This document shows, piece after piece, positions 38,750-47,519 of a stretch of 64,000 bases of DNA (positions are counted from its first letter, which is position 1; every line of letters begins with the position of its first letter). The stretch lies in contig CAWHBM010000003.1 in NCBI GenBank assembly GCA_963827725.1, positions 173,087 through 237,086 of the forward strand, written 5' to 3'. The notes beneath the pieces are model-generated. The model was given only the letters and a program-made list of their open reading frames with translations, did not search any database and was not told where the DNA came from. The stretch comes from an uncultured Actinomycetes bacterium. GTDB lineage: Bacteria > Actinomycetota > Thermoleophilia > Gaiellales > Gaiellaceae. Position numbers and translations under genes: made by a program.

Positions 38750-39399
38750 TTCTCGAAACCCTCCTGCCCCACCAGGGGGACGAAACGGCACGGGACCGAG
38801 CGGACGACCGCCGGCCCCTCGGGGCTGCGGACGATCAGCTCGAGGCGCTGTCCCCAGCGCCCACCGATCGGGACGGCGAGGCGCCCGCGAGGCTCGAGCT
38901 GCTCGTAGAGCGGCTGCGGCAGAGCGGGTGCGGCGGCCGCGACCGCGATCGCGTCGTAGGGGGCGTGCTCCGGCAAGCCGACCGACCCGTCCCCGACGTG
39001 GACCTCGACCTGCTCGTACCCCGCTGCAGCGAGGTTCTTCCGGGCCTCGATCGCGAGCTCCGGGATCCGCTCGATCGTGTGCACGTCCGCGGCGAGCTCG
39101 GCCAACACTGCAGCCTGGTAGCCCGAGCCGGTGCCGACGTCGAGCACTCGCTCGCGGCCGGTGAGGCCGAGGACCTCGCAGATGCGGGCGACCATGTACG
39201 GCTGCGAGATCGTCTGCTCGTGGCCGATCGGAAGTGCGGCGTCCGCGTAAGCCTTTCGTCGCGGCGCCCCCGGGACGAAGAGCTCCCGCGGCACACGCTC
39301 CATTGCCGCCAGCACCCGTTCGTCGACGATGTCGCGTGCGCGCAGCTGGTCGTCGACCATGCGGAGCCGCTCGGCGGAGAGGTCTTTCTCAGGCGTCAC
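38746..39399 (-). CDS. pcm: protein-L-isoaspartate O-methyltransferase
   Basis: QTISQPYMVA and VLDVGTGSGYQAAVLA motifs. GTG 39399 is the preferred start. Confidence 0.85.
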   Translation of the reverse strand: MTPEKDLSAERLRMVDDQLRARDIVDERVLAAMERVPRELFVPGAPRRKAYADAALPIGHEQTISQPYMVARICEVLGLTGRERVLDVGTGSGYQAAVLAELAADVHTIERIPELAIEARKNLAAAGYEQVEVHVGDGSVGLPEHAPYDAIAVAAAAPALPQPLYEQLEPRGRLAVPIGGRWGQRLELIVRSPEGPAVVRSVPCRFVPLVGQEGFEK

Positions 39400-40735
39400 G
39401 GTCGACGCCGAAATGGTCGAGCACGCGCGGTGCAACGTCGACGATCCGTGCAGGCGGGGCTCCCAGGCCGACCGAGAGCATCGGCACCTCCGAGTCGCCG
39501 ACCTCGAGAGAGCCATGCGAGCCGCCGCCGACGTGGTCGCGGCCGCCGAGGTCCGCGAACTCGACGCCGGAGGCGGCCGAGACGATCAGGTCGCCCGCGT
39601 TCGGGTTCTCGAGCGCCGCCCACGCCCGCTCGAGCGCGTTCGGCTGCGAGAGGACCTCCGTCGTCCCGCTCGTCTCCCAGCCTCCTTCACCCGGGGCGAA
39701 GCGCAGCTCTTCGCCGTCGCGCTGCGCAACGGCTCCCCCGTCCTCTCGGAAGAGAACGACGTGTGGGCTTCCGTGGAGCCGCTCGGCGAGCTCCTTCGGC
39801 TCGGCGGTGCACCCCGGGAGGCGGTAGACCATCCCCGCACGGTTGGAGGCGGTCACGACCAGTTCGGCACGACGCCCGTTCCCCGGGTGGAAGAGCCTGA
39901 AGCCGGAGAACGCGTCCTCGAGGCGGGCTGACTCGTCGACCCGCGTCTGTCCGTGGTCGGAGCAGAGCAGGACCGCGTAGCGCTCGAGGAACTCGTCCGG
40001 GCCGCCTGCCGCTGCGAGCAGCGAGCCGATTGCGTGGTCGGAGCGCACGAGCGCGGCGTGTGCCGCCTCCGGGCCGGCCGCGTGCGACGCGAAGTCGTAG
40101 TCGGGCAGGTAGAAGACGAGGAAGTCGAAGCCGTCTCGCGTCACGAGCCAGCGGCCGACGACGCCCGCGTACTCGTCGACCGAGCCGCGGGCGCGGGTAC
40201 GGATCGCAAGCGGCGAGCCCGTCACATCCGACTCGAAGAGGTTGTAGTAGAAGAAGCGGCGAGGGCCGAAGGCGGGGCCGATGCCGGGCACCGTCGACTC
40301 GTGCCGCGTCGGCCCGCGATAGCAGACCATGTTCACGGCACCCGTCACGAGGCCGGCGCCTTCGAGCGACTCGAAGAGCGTGACCGCATCGCGCGAGAGG
40401 TGCTGCGCGTTCATGTTGAAGACCGCGTCGCGAAGCGCACGGGTCGGCCCGGCAGCGCGGATGGCGCTGGGCGACGAGCCGTACTCCACGAGCCGTCGCT
40501 CGCCGCGGTGGTACCAGACGAGGTGAGGAATGCCGTGGACGTCGGGACCGACACCGGTCGCGAGGGACGAGAGGCACACCGGCGTCAGTGACGGGAAGGT
40601 CGTCACCGCCCGCCGATACTCACCGTTTTCGACGAGGAAGCGGAGCGCGGGGACGTCCTTCCGCTCGACCGCGTCTTCGAGCATCGCCGGCGTGAGGCCG
40701 TCGATGACGATCAGGACGAGCTTCTTCACCAGCAC
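39389..40735 (-). CDS. alkaline phosphatase superfamily protein (nucleotide pyrophosphatase/phosphodiesterase type)
   Basis: LIVIDGLTP...TTFPSLTPVCLSSLATG matches the metal/nucleophile region. C-terminal GGSHGSL. Confidence 0.7.
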   Translation of the reverse strand: MLVKKLVLIVIDGLTPAMLEDAVERKDVPALRFLVENGEYRRAVTTFPSLTPVCLSSLATGVGPDVHGIPHLVWYHRGERRLVEYGSSPSAIRAAGPTRALRDAVFNMNAQHLSRDAVTLFESLEGAGLVTGAVNMVCYRGPTRHESTVPGIGPAFGPRRFFYYNLFESDVTGSPLAIRTRARGSVDEYAGVVGRWLVTRDGFDFLVFYLPDYDFASHAAGPEAAHAALVRSDHAIGSLLAAAGGPDEFLERYAVLLCSDHGQTRVDESARLEDAFSGFRLFHPGNGRRAELVVTASNRAGMVYRLPGCTAEPKELAERLHGSPHVVLFREDGGAVAQRDGEELRFAPGEGGWETSGTTEVLSQPNALERAWAALENPNAGDLIVSAASGVEFADLGGRDHVGGGSHGSLEVGDSEVPMLSVGLGAPPARIVDVAPRVLDHFGVDRDA

Positions 40736-41152
40736 CTAGTCCCGCGCGAGCGTGCGAAGTCCCGCGTACCGCTTCCCGGCCCGGCGGCGGAGGCGCATCC
40801 CGAGCGCGGGCAGGGCGAGAGCCTCCACGTATCCGACCCCAGGCACGAACGCGAGCGCCGCGACAAGCGCTGCTGCGCCGACGACCAAAAGGCCCGTTGC
40901 CGCCCGCGTGCCCCCTCGATGAAGCGCGCCGCCGACGAGCTGCAACGCGCCCAGCGCCCCGAGAACCGCGCCCACGCCTGCGCCGACGGCTTCCGCCGCA
41001 TCGGCGAAGACGATCCCGAGCGCTACCGCTACAGCCGCAGCGAGAAAGGGTGCGAGGAGGCTCCAGCGCGTTCCCGCCAGACCTGCCGCTGCCACGATTC
41101 CGAGCGCGACTCCGAGGCCTGTGAAGACACCGATCCAGTACCAGCTCCCCAT
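40736..41152 (-). CDS. Ala/Gly-rich integral membrane protein (hypothetical)
   Basis: 138 aa with 4 hydrophobic segments. Confidence 0.4.
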   Translation of the reverse strand: MGSWYWIGVFTGLGVALGIVAAAGLAGTRWSLLAPFLAAAVAVALGIVFADAAEAVGAGVGAVLGALGALQLVGGALHRGGTRAATGLLVVGAAALVAALAFVPGVGYVEALALPALGMRLRRRAGKRYAGLRTLARD

Positions 41153-41210
41153 CCCGGCCAGTGTAGTTGGAGGGCGTTTCGCCTCAGCCCATGCGGGTAG
41201 TAGATGGGTA

Positions 41211-41543
41211 ATGAACGGTCGCTCCGGGGGGTCCGGCCGTGATCGTCGGAACCTCCTCGTGTTCTTTTCTGAGCTCCGCTCGGGCCCAGCTCGGCGGATG
41301 GACAGCCTGCTCGCTCAGCTCGCGCGCAGGGAACGCCACCGCCTGAAGGTCGCACGGGTCGACGTGGAAGAACAGCCCGAGCTCGCCCGGCGCTTCAAGG
41401 TTCGCAAGGTGCCGACCCTGGTGCTGGTGCAGGGAAAGCGCTCAGTGGCGCGGCTCGAAGGTCGTGCGAACGCGGCCGAGATCGAGGAGCTCGTCGAGGA
41501 GCACCTCGAAGGGTTCGAATCCAACCCACGGGAAAGCTCGTAG
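41211..41543 (+). CDS. thioredoxin-fold protein lacking the CxxC motif
   Basis: LLVFFSELRSGPARRMDSLLAQLA aligns to the WCGPCRxM region with both Cys replaced. KVPTLVLV cis-Pro region is present. Confidence 0.55.
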   Translation: MNGRSGGSGRDRRNLLVFFSELRSGPARRMDSLLAQLARRERHRLKVARVDVEEQPELARRFKVRKVPTLVLVQGKRSVARLEGRANAAEIEELVEEHLEGFESNPRESS

Positions 41544-41574
41544 AAGTGAAAGCAACCGACGGGGAGGCAGAAGC

Positions 41575-42139
41575 ATGCGCAAGTTCGCAGTTCTGATTTC
41601 CATCGTGGCCGCCGCTGGTCTGACACTCATCGCGGCCGCGGCACTGGCAGATCGCGGCAACGGCGACGGCGGCAATAGGTTCTCCGCCAGGCTGACCGGA
41701 TTCCAGGAGACGCCGTCAGAGTCGACGCCCGGCAACGGTTGGTTCCGGGCCCGCATCGTCGGTGGGGACACGATCCACTACACGCTCCACTACGAGGACT
41801 TCGAAGCCGGTGAAGGCGCCACCACGGCCGCGCACATCCACTTCGGCCAGCGCGGCGTGGCCGGCGGTGTCGAGTGCATTCCTCTGCGGCGGTGGAGACA
41901 AGCCCCCGTGCACGCCGACCGAGGGGACGATCGAAGGCGACATCGACGCCGCCGACGTCATCGGCCCCGGCGTCCAGGGCATCACCGCCGGGGAGATGGC
42001 CGAGTTGATCCGCGCAATGCGGAAGGGCTACACCTATGCGAACGTCCACACGGCGACCAACGGACCCGGCCTGATCCGCGGCCAGATCAGCAAGGGCCAT
42101 GGCCACGGTGGCAACCGCGGCCGGGGTAAGGGCCGCTAG
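41575..42139 (+). pseudogene. secreted CHRD-domain protein, apparent +1 frameshift near 41872
   Basis: GGGGAGG RBS, then ATG 41575 and a signal peptide. AAHIHFGQRGVAGGV is in the first frame and SAFLCGGGDKPPC...YANVHTATNGPGLIRGQI in the second. Length is 565 nt (3n+1). Confidence 0.65.
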
Positions 42140-42163
42140 TCCTTAGCAAGCCGCTTTCGCTCT

Positions 42164-42193
42164 GAAGAGCCCGGTCTAGCGGCCGGGCTCTTC
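42164..42193 (+). terminator. rho-independent terminator-like hairpin between convergent genes
   Basis: 11-bp perfect stem GAAGAGCCCGG/CCGGGCTCTTC followed by TCTTTC on the + strand. Confidence 0.6.
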
Positions 42194-42197
42194 TCTT

Positions 42198-43295
42198 TCA
42201 GGCGACGGTTCCCTCGAGCCGGCGGATGACCGCAAGCCCGAACTCCGCGGCGCGCGCGCCGTCGACGACGCGATGGTCGAACGTGAGCGAGACGTGGCCG
42301 GTCCGCGCGACGGCGAGTCCGCCGTCGCGAACGACCGGCCGCTCCTCGATGCGCCCGATGCTGAGGATCGCCACCTCGGGATGGTTGACGATCGGCGTCT
42401 GGAAGAGGCCGGCGAGCTTGCCGGCGCTCGTGACGGTGAAGGTCGAGCCGCGCAACTCTTCCGGCTTGAGACTCCCTGCGCGGGCACCCTCCGCCAGCCG
42501 GGCAACCTCGGCCGCAAGCTCGTCGATCGAGGCCGTGTCGCAGTTGCGGACGACCGGGACGACGAGCCCCTCGTCGGTCTGCACGGCAACGCCGAGGTCG
42601 TACCGCTCGAGGTAGACGATCTCGGCGCCTTCGAGCCGGGCGTTCAACTCGGGGAACTCCTTGAGCGACTCCGCGGCGCTCTTGAGCACGGTCGGCAGCA
42701 ACAGCTTGAGGTCGAGCCCGCCGAAGTTGCACTCCTCGACCCACGTCACGGCCGGCACCTCCCGGTGCGCGCGAGCCATGTGCTCGGCGATCACCCGGCG
42801 AATGCCTCTGAGCGGCTCGCGGCGTCCCTCCGAGCCATGTCCAGGGGTCTGACCCCCGGACGTGGCCGCTGCGCGCACGTCCGCTTCGGTCACGCGTCCC
42901 TGCTGGCCGGTGCCGGCCAGCGCTTCGAGGTCTACGTCGAGCTCTTGAGCGAGCCGCCGTACGAGCGGCGTTGCGCGGACACGTCCAGTCTCGCCATGTC
43001 CAGGGGTCTGACCCCCGGACGTGGCCGAAGGGGCCTGGGGCTGTGGAGAAGTGGCGCCGTCGCCCCCGATCACGACGAGGATCGTGCCGACCGCGACGAC
43101 GGTGCCCTCTTCGACGAGGATGCTCGCGACCTTCCCGGCGGCCGGAGACGGGATCTCGACGGTCGTCTTGTCCGTCTGGATCTCGACGAGCGGCTGGTCC
43201 TCCGCGATCTCGTCCCCTTCGGAAACGAGCCAACGGGCGACCTCGCCTTCGGTCAGGCCTTCGCCGAGGTCGGGAAGCTTGAACTCGTAGGCCAC
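42198..43295 (-). CDS. dihydrolipoamide acyltransferase (E2) of a 2-oxoacid dehydrogenase complex
   Basis: GTG 43295. Lipoyl domain (EIQTDKTTVEIPSP), a PSBD domain, and a catalytic domain with DHRVVDGA. The 472-aa track ORF is an artefactual N-terminal extension. Confidence 0.85.
   Translation of the reverse strand: MAYEFKLPDLGEGLTEGEVARWLVSEGDEIAEDQPLVEIQTDKTTVEIPSPAAGKVASILVEEGTVVAVGTILVVIGGDGATSPQPQAPSATSGGQTPGHGETGRVRATPLVRRLAQELDVDLEALAGTGQQGRVTEADVRAAATSGGQTPGHGSEGRREPLRGIRRVIAEHMARAHREVPAVTWVEECNFGGLDLKLLLPTVLKSAAESLKEFPELNARLEGAEIVYLERYDLGVAVQTDEGLVVPVVRNCDTASIDELAAEVARLAEGARAGSLKPEELRGSTFTVTSAGKLAGLFQTPIVNHPEVAILSIGRIEERPVVRDGGLAVARTGHVSLTFDHRVVDGARAAEFGLAVIRRLEGTVA
42834..42868. 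repeat. 35-nt palindromic repeat, copy A, in frame inside E2 linker 2
   Basis: GCCATGTCCAGGGGTCTGACCCCCGGACGTGGCCG. It encodes ATSGGQTPGHG on the minus strand. Confidence 0.9.
42993..43027. repeat. 35-nt palindromic repeat, copy B, in frame inside E2 linker 1
   Basis: Identical 35-mer, 159 nt (53 codons) from copy A. Confidence 0.9.
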
Positions 43296-43306
43296 CGCGG
43301 CGGAAT

Positions 43307-43616
43307 CTATCGGGGGCGGCCGACCCAGGCGTCGGCCGGGGCGATGAGGACGCGCAGGCCGCCCTCGACCCGCCAGAGCGAGACGGCCTGTTCGTCCCCC
43401 GCCAGCTGCGGCGCGGTCTCCCGACGGGACATAGCCGAGCTGGAGCGTTCGCTCTTCGTTCCAGACCGCGACGGCGTTCGAGTCGTGCGGGTTGTCGGGC
43501 TCGGGCACGAGGGCGAGCGCACGGCCGGGCTCGAACGAGGGGTCCTCGAGCGACTCGGGCCGAAAGGAAACGCCGGCGACCGGGACGACGAGAATCGCAG
43601 GGTCTTCCCAGCGCAC
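43307..43616 (-). pseudogene. stand-alone HIRAN-domain protein, apparent +1 frameshift near 43424
   Basis: VVPVAGVSFRP...ALALVPEPDNPHDSNAVAVWNEERTLQLGYVP, then in the other frame RETAPQLAGDEQAVSLWRVEGG...TAG(43307). Length is 310 nt (3n+1). Confidence 0.65.
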
Positions 43617-43691
43617 GACCTCGCCCGTCGCGGCGTCCCGGATCCGATAGCCCGACTCGGGCGCGCTCGAGCAGCAGGCGGAGGCGCTCGC

Positions 43692-44666
43692 TCAGAACTC
43701 GAGCAGCCGCTCGACGGCGTCCACGACCCGCTCGACCGAGGGCATGTACGCATCCTCGATCTGCCAGTACGGGTAGGGCACGTCGTAGCCGGTCACCCGC
43801 AGCACCGGTCCCCGCAGATCGAGCATCGCCTTCTCGGCGAGGATCGCCGCGAGCTCGGCTCCGTAGCCGGCGGTTCGCGGCGCCTCCTGGATGATCACGA
43901 CCCGCCCGGTCTTGCCTGCGGCAGCGAGCAGCGCCTCCTCGTCGAGGGGCTTCAGCGTCCGGATGTCGAGGATCTCGACGCTCGCGCGCCCGTCGAGCGA
44001 ATCGGCGGCCTGCTCGGCGAGCGGCACCATCGAGCCGTAGGCGACGAGCGTGACGTCGTCGCCCTGCCGCACGGTCCTCGCCTGGCCAAGCGGGACGACG
44101 TGCTCGCCCTCGGGAACCTCGCCGCGCATCGTCCGGTAGTGGAGCTTGGGCTCGAAGATGACGACCGGATCGGGATCGCGAATTGCCGCCGCCAGCAGGC
44201 CTTTTGCGTCGCTCGGGGTAGACGGGATCGCGACCTTCACTCCCGGCGTGTGCACGTAGTAGGCCTCCGGCGAGTCGTCGTGCAGCTCGGGCGCACGCAC
44301 GCCGCCCCCGTACGGCATCCGCACCGTGATCGGGAACTCCATCTTCCCGCCGGTGCGCCAGCGGTAGCGGCCCACGTGCGTGATCAGCTGGTCGAGCGAC
44401 GGATAGCTGAAAGCGTCGTACTGCATCTCGCAGACCGGGCGATAGCCGGCCATGCACAGCCCGACCGCGGTGCCCATGATCCCCGCCTCGGCGAGCGGGG
44501 TGTCGACGCAGCGGTCGGGGCCGTACTTGTCGAGGAGCCCCGCGGTCGCGCGGAAGACACCGCCCACACGGCCGACGTCCTGGCCCATGACCATCACGTC
44601 CTCGTCACGTCCGAGCTCGACGTGGAAGCAGTCGTTGATCGCCTCGAGCAAGGTGAGCTCACTCAC
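43692..44666 (-). CDS. 2-oxoacid dehydrogenase E1 component beta subunit
   Basis: GTG 44666. Transketolase-like pyrimidine-binding and C-terminal domains (DTPLAEAGIMG, PYGGG). Confidence 0.85.
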   Translation of the reverse strand: MSELTLLEAINDCFHVELGRDEDVMVMGQDVGRVGGVFRATAGLLDKYGPDRCVDTPLAEAGIMGTAVGLCMAGYRPVCEMQYDAFSYPSLDQLITHVGRYRWRTGGKMEFPITVRMPYGGGVRAPELHDDSPEAYYVHTPGVKVAIPSTPSDAKGLLAAAIRDPDPVVIFEPKLHYRTMRGEVPEGEHVVPLGQARTVRQGDDVTLVAYGSMVPLAEQAADSLDGRASVEILDIRTLKPLDEEALLAAAGKTGRVVIIQEAPRTAGYGAELAAILAEKAMLDLRGPVLRVTGYDVPYPYWQIEDAYMPSVERVVDAVERLLEF

Positions 44667-45726
44667 CGAGGACCCTCCGTAGCTCGGCGAGATCGGTCTC
44701 GAACGACGCGGGTGGGTCGACGAGAGCATGGTCGAAGACGAGCGACGAATCCGCAGGCGACTCGGCCTCCGCCGCTGCGATCCCGTCGCGCATCGCCTCC
44801 ATGGCCTCTCCGCGGATCGAATCGGCCATCTCGTCCGTCAGGATGCCCGCACGCCGCAGATAACCCTCGTAGCGGCCGACGCATTCCTTCTTTTTCTCCT
44901 CCTCGACGCGCTCGAGATCGATGTAGGCCCTCGGATCGTCGGCGGTGGCGTGCGGCGCGGCGCGGTAGCTCACGGCCTCGATGAAGGTCGGCCCTTCTCC
45001 CGCCCGCGCTCGCGCAACGGCCTCGCGCGTGGCCTCGTAGACGGCGAGGACGTCGAGCCCGTCCACCCGCAGGCCGGGCATCCCGTACCCGACCGCCTTG
45101 TCGGCGAGCGTCTCCGCGCGGGTCTGCGCCTCGACCGGTGTCGAGATCGCCCAGCCGTTGTTGTTGCAGAACAGGACGAGTGGCGCGCGCATGACGGCCG
45201 CGAAGTTCGCGCCCTCGTGGAACGAGCCTTCCGAGGTCGCGCCGTCGCCGAAATAGACGATCGCGCATGCCTTCTCACCGCGCAGCCGCTTGCCCCAGGC
45301 GAGCCCGGCCGCGTGCGGAACGTGCGTCCCGATCGGCACGCAGATCGATGCGACGTTGTACTCCGCCGGGTTCCACCAACCGGCGGGATGGCCGCGCCAC
45401 CAGGAGAGCACCGTCGAGGCCGGCAGCCCGCGCAGGAGGCCGATCGCGGACTCGCGATAGCTGGGAAAGATCCAGTCCGCGTCCTCGAGCGCGTAGGCCG
45501 AGCCCGCCTGCATCGCCTCGTGGTTCCAGAAGATCGCGTAGGTGCCGATGCGGCCCTGGCTGTGGTAGACGACCGAGCGCTCGTCGTAGGTGCGCAGGAG
45601 GACGAGGTCGCGGTAGAGCTCGACCAGGTCGTGGTCGGTGAGCCCCTCGACTTCGCCGTCCGGCACCGCGTCGCCGTCTCCGATCACACGCCGGAGATCA
45701 CGCTCAGCAGGGAGAACCTGGGCCAT
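44659..45726 (-). CDS. 2-oxoacid dehydrogenase E1 component alpha subunit (ThDP-dependent)
   Basis: ThDP motif YFGDGATSEGSFHEGANFAA...NNGWAIS. Confidence 0.85.
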   Translation of the reverse strand: MAQVLPAERDLRRVIGDGDAVPDGEVEGLTDHDLVELYRDLVLLRTYDERSVVYHSQGRIGTYAIFWNHEAMQAGSAYALEDADWIFPSYRESAIGLLRGLPASTVLSWWRGHPAGWWNPAEYNVASICVPIGTHVPHAAGLAWGKRLRGEKACAIVYFGDGATSEGSFHEGANFAAVMRAPLVLFCNNNGWAISTPVEAQTRAETLADKAVGYGMPGLRVDGLDVLAVYEATREAVARARAGEGPTFIEAVSYRAAPHATADDPRAYIDLERVEEEKKKECVGRYEGYLRRAGILTDEMADSIRGEAMEAMRDGIAAAEAESPADSSLVFDHALVDPPASFETDLAELRRVLGE

Positions 45727-46328
45727 TACGGCCCCGAATCTACCTCAGCCGCCGTGCGCCGGACCAGCACGGCAAGGAGGGCGAGCGCCCCAATCACGGC
45801 CGACACGCCGATCGCCTCGAGGACGACCCCGCCCCCGCCGGACGCCGCCGCGACGACGAGGACCACTGCCCCCAGGGCCATGGCCCCGACGGTGAGCGCC
45901 GCGAGTTTGGCGAGGCGCAGCTCGACGAGGCCCGGTGCGGTCCAGGCCGGCACACGCCGTTCGATCGACCAGAAGGCGAGCTCCGCAACCAGGACGAATG
46001 CTCCCGCGTACAGGGGAGCAAACTCGTCGAGTGCCGGCCCCTGGGCTACGAACAGGACCGTGTACTCCCCGCCGAGGGCGGCGAGCGCCCAACCGAGGGC
46101 CGGCCCCGAGCGAGCAGCGAGCCCGACCGCCAGCAGCGTCACGGCGAGCCCGCCGAGCGCCAGCGCGAGCCACCACAGCTCGATGTCCTGCACCGCGGGA
46201 TACGTCGCCAGACCAAAAGCCGCCGCGAACGCGGCGATCCCGGTGGCTAGACGCGCACGACTCGGGCGTGGCGCCTGAATGCCCTCACCTCCTCCACCAT
46301 CGCCTCCAGCGGCACACCTTCGCGCCAT
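45726..46328 (-). CDS. polytopic membrane protein (hypothetical), last gene of the MoxR operon
   Basis: Hydrophobic C-terminal part of the 597-aa composite track ORF. The start is uncertain; ATG 46328 overlaps the DUF58 3' end. Confidence 0.4.
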   Translation of the reverse strand: MARRCAAGGDGGGGEGIQAPRPSRARLATGIAAFAAAFGLATYPAVQDIELWWLALALGGLAVTLLAVGLAARSGPALGWALAALGGEYTVLFVAQGPALDEFAPLYAGAFVLVAELAFWSIERRVPAWTAPGLVELRLAKLAALTVGAMALGAVVLVVAAASGGGGVVLEAIGVSAVIGALALLAVLVRRTAAEVDSGP

Positions 46329-47519
46329 TCGACGATCGGCACGCCGAGCGACGCGTACTGCGAGCGAAGCGCTTCCCGGCGGAGACGCCAGAGCCGGTAG
46401 GCAAGCCGCTCGGTCTCGGTCTCGCCCTCGCTCGACGAACGGGAACGGCGAGAGCTCGATCACCGCCAGGTCGAAGCCGCGAGCCGGAAGGTCGAGCAGG
46501 GCGCGAACGGCCCGCTCGTCGAGCAGCGGGCTGAGGGCGATCACGAGAGCGCGCGGGGGCAGGGTCCGGGTCGGGATGACGTCGAGGTCCTTCCACGCGT
46601 AGCTGAGCAGGATCTGGGCGTCGAGCAGCGAGTCGACGATCCGGTAGAGCTGCGTCGTCCCGCTCGTCACCGTCAGCCAGTTGAGGACGCCGCCGAACGA
46701 CACGAGGCCGACGCGGTCCTTCTCCTTCAGATAGTGCGTCGCGAACGAGGCCGCGGCGCGGACGCCGAGGTCGAGCGTTCCGGTATCGCTGCGTCTCGCC
46801 TCGGCGAACGTGTCGAGGAAGAGGACGACGTCGGTGTTGCGCTCGGGATGCGCCTCGTTCACCCACGGGGCGCCCCGCTTCGCGGTGGCCCGCCAGTTGA
46901 CCCGCCGAATGCGATCGCCGGTCGTGAACGGCCGCAGGTCGGCGAACTCGATCCCCTCGCCGCGATGACGCGCGACCTGGTTCCCGGAATACACCTGCGT
47001 GTCGAGGGGCTGCAAGAGCCGCGCGAGCGTCTCTCCGCTGGGGTAGACCTTGAGCCGCCGAGGCTCGCCGACGGATCCTTCGAACACGAGCAAGCCGAAC
47101 GCGTCACGTGCGCGCCAGAGGGCTTCGCCAACCTCGTAGGTGCCCCAGTGAGCGCAACGGAGGGGGACGTGAAGCTCTCGCCGCTCGCGCGCGCCGAGAC
47201 GGATCAAGAGCGGATTCGGCTCTTCCGCGACGAGCCCGTCGGGAAGCCTCACGAGGAGCTCGAGGCGCCCAACGGCCTTCTCGGCGACGAGCTCGAGGTC
47301 GAGGCCGACGTGCCGGTCCTCGAGCTGACGCTCCCGGTCGAGCTCGACCTGCATCTTGAGCTGAGGAGGCCGAGCGAGAACGAGCCCGACTCCGACGAGG
47401 ACGGCAAACGGCGCCGCTAGAGCGGCGAGCTCCGGACGTCCGAACGCCAGCGCCCCGATCAGGCCGAGCCCCGCGAGCGCCGGATACACGCGAAGCTTCG
47501 CCGTCGCGGCGCGGGTCAC
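46247..47519 (-). pseudogene. DUF58-domain protein (MoxR-associated, vWA-like), apparent +1 frameshift near 46430
   Basis: FADLRPFTTGDRIRRVNWRATAK DUF58 signature. After ...SPFPFVE the restored frame reads (E)GETETERLAYRLWRLRREAL...RVVRV-TAG(46247). Length is 1273 nt (3n+1). Confidence 0.7.

Noticed and set aside
42198-43616. 472-aa ORF suggesting a HIRAN-E2 fusion protein
   Set aside because: The HIRAN domain continues in a different frame after about 43424 and ends at TAG 43307. E2 has its own GTG at 43295, right before the lipoyl domain.
43692-43694. E1beta TGA as a readthrough or selenocysteine codon joining E1beta to the in-frame HIRAN reading
   Set aside because: E1beta ends at a natural family C-terminus (...VERLLEF). 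No SECIS-like hairpin follows the TGA, and the linker ASASACCSSAPESG has no precedent. I kept it only as a note on the unclear HIRAN start.
42273-44984. 903-aa plus-strand ORF, and similar long antisense ORFs (14939..17170 +, 42136..44457 -, 51166..53013 +, 36271..38019 +)
   Set aside because: They are Arg/Ala/Gly/Pro-rich, match no family, and lie antisense or out of frame to genes with clear homology. They are typical stop-poor shadow ORFs of high-GC DNA.
45726-47519. 597-aa ORF read as a single DUF58-membrane protein
   Set aside because: The DUF58 C-terminus (ETETERLAYRLWRLRREAL...RVVRV-stop at 46247) lies in another frame. The hydrophobic tail is a separate downstream gene.
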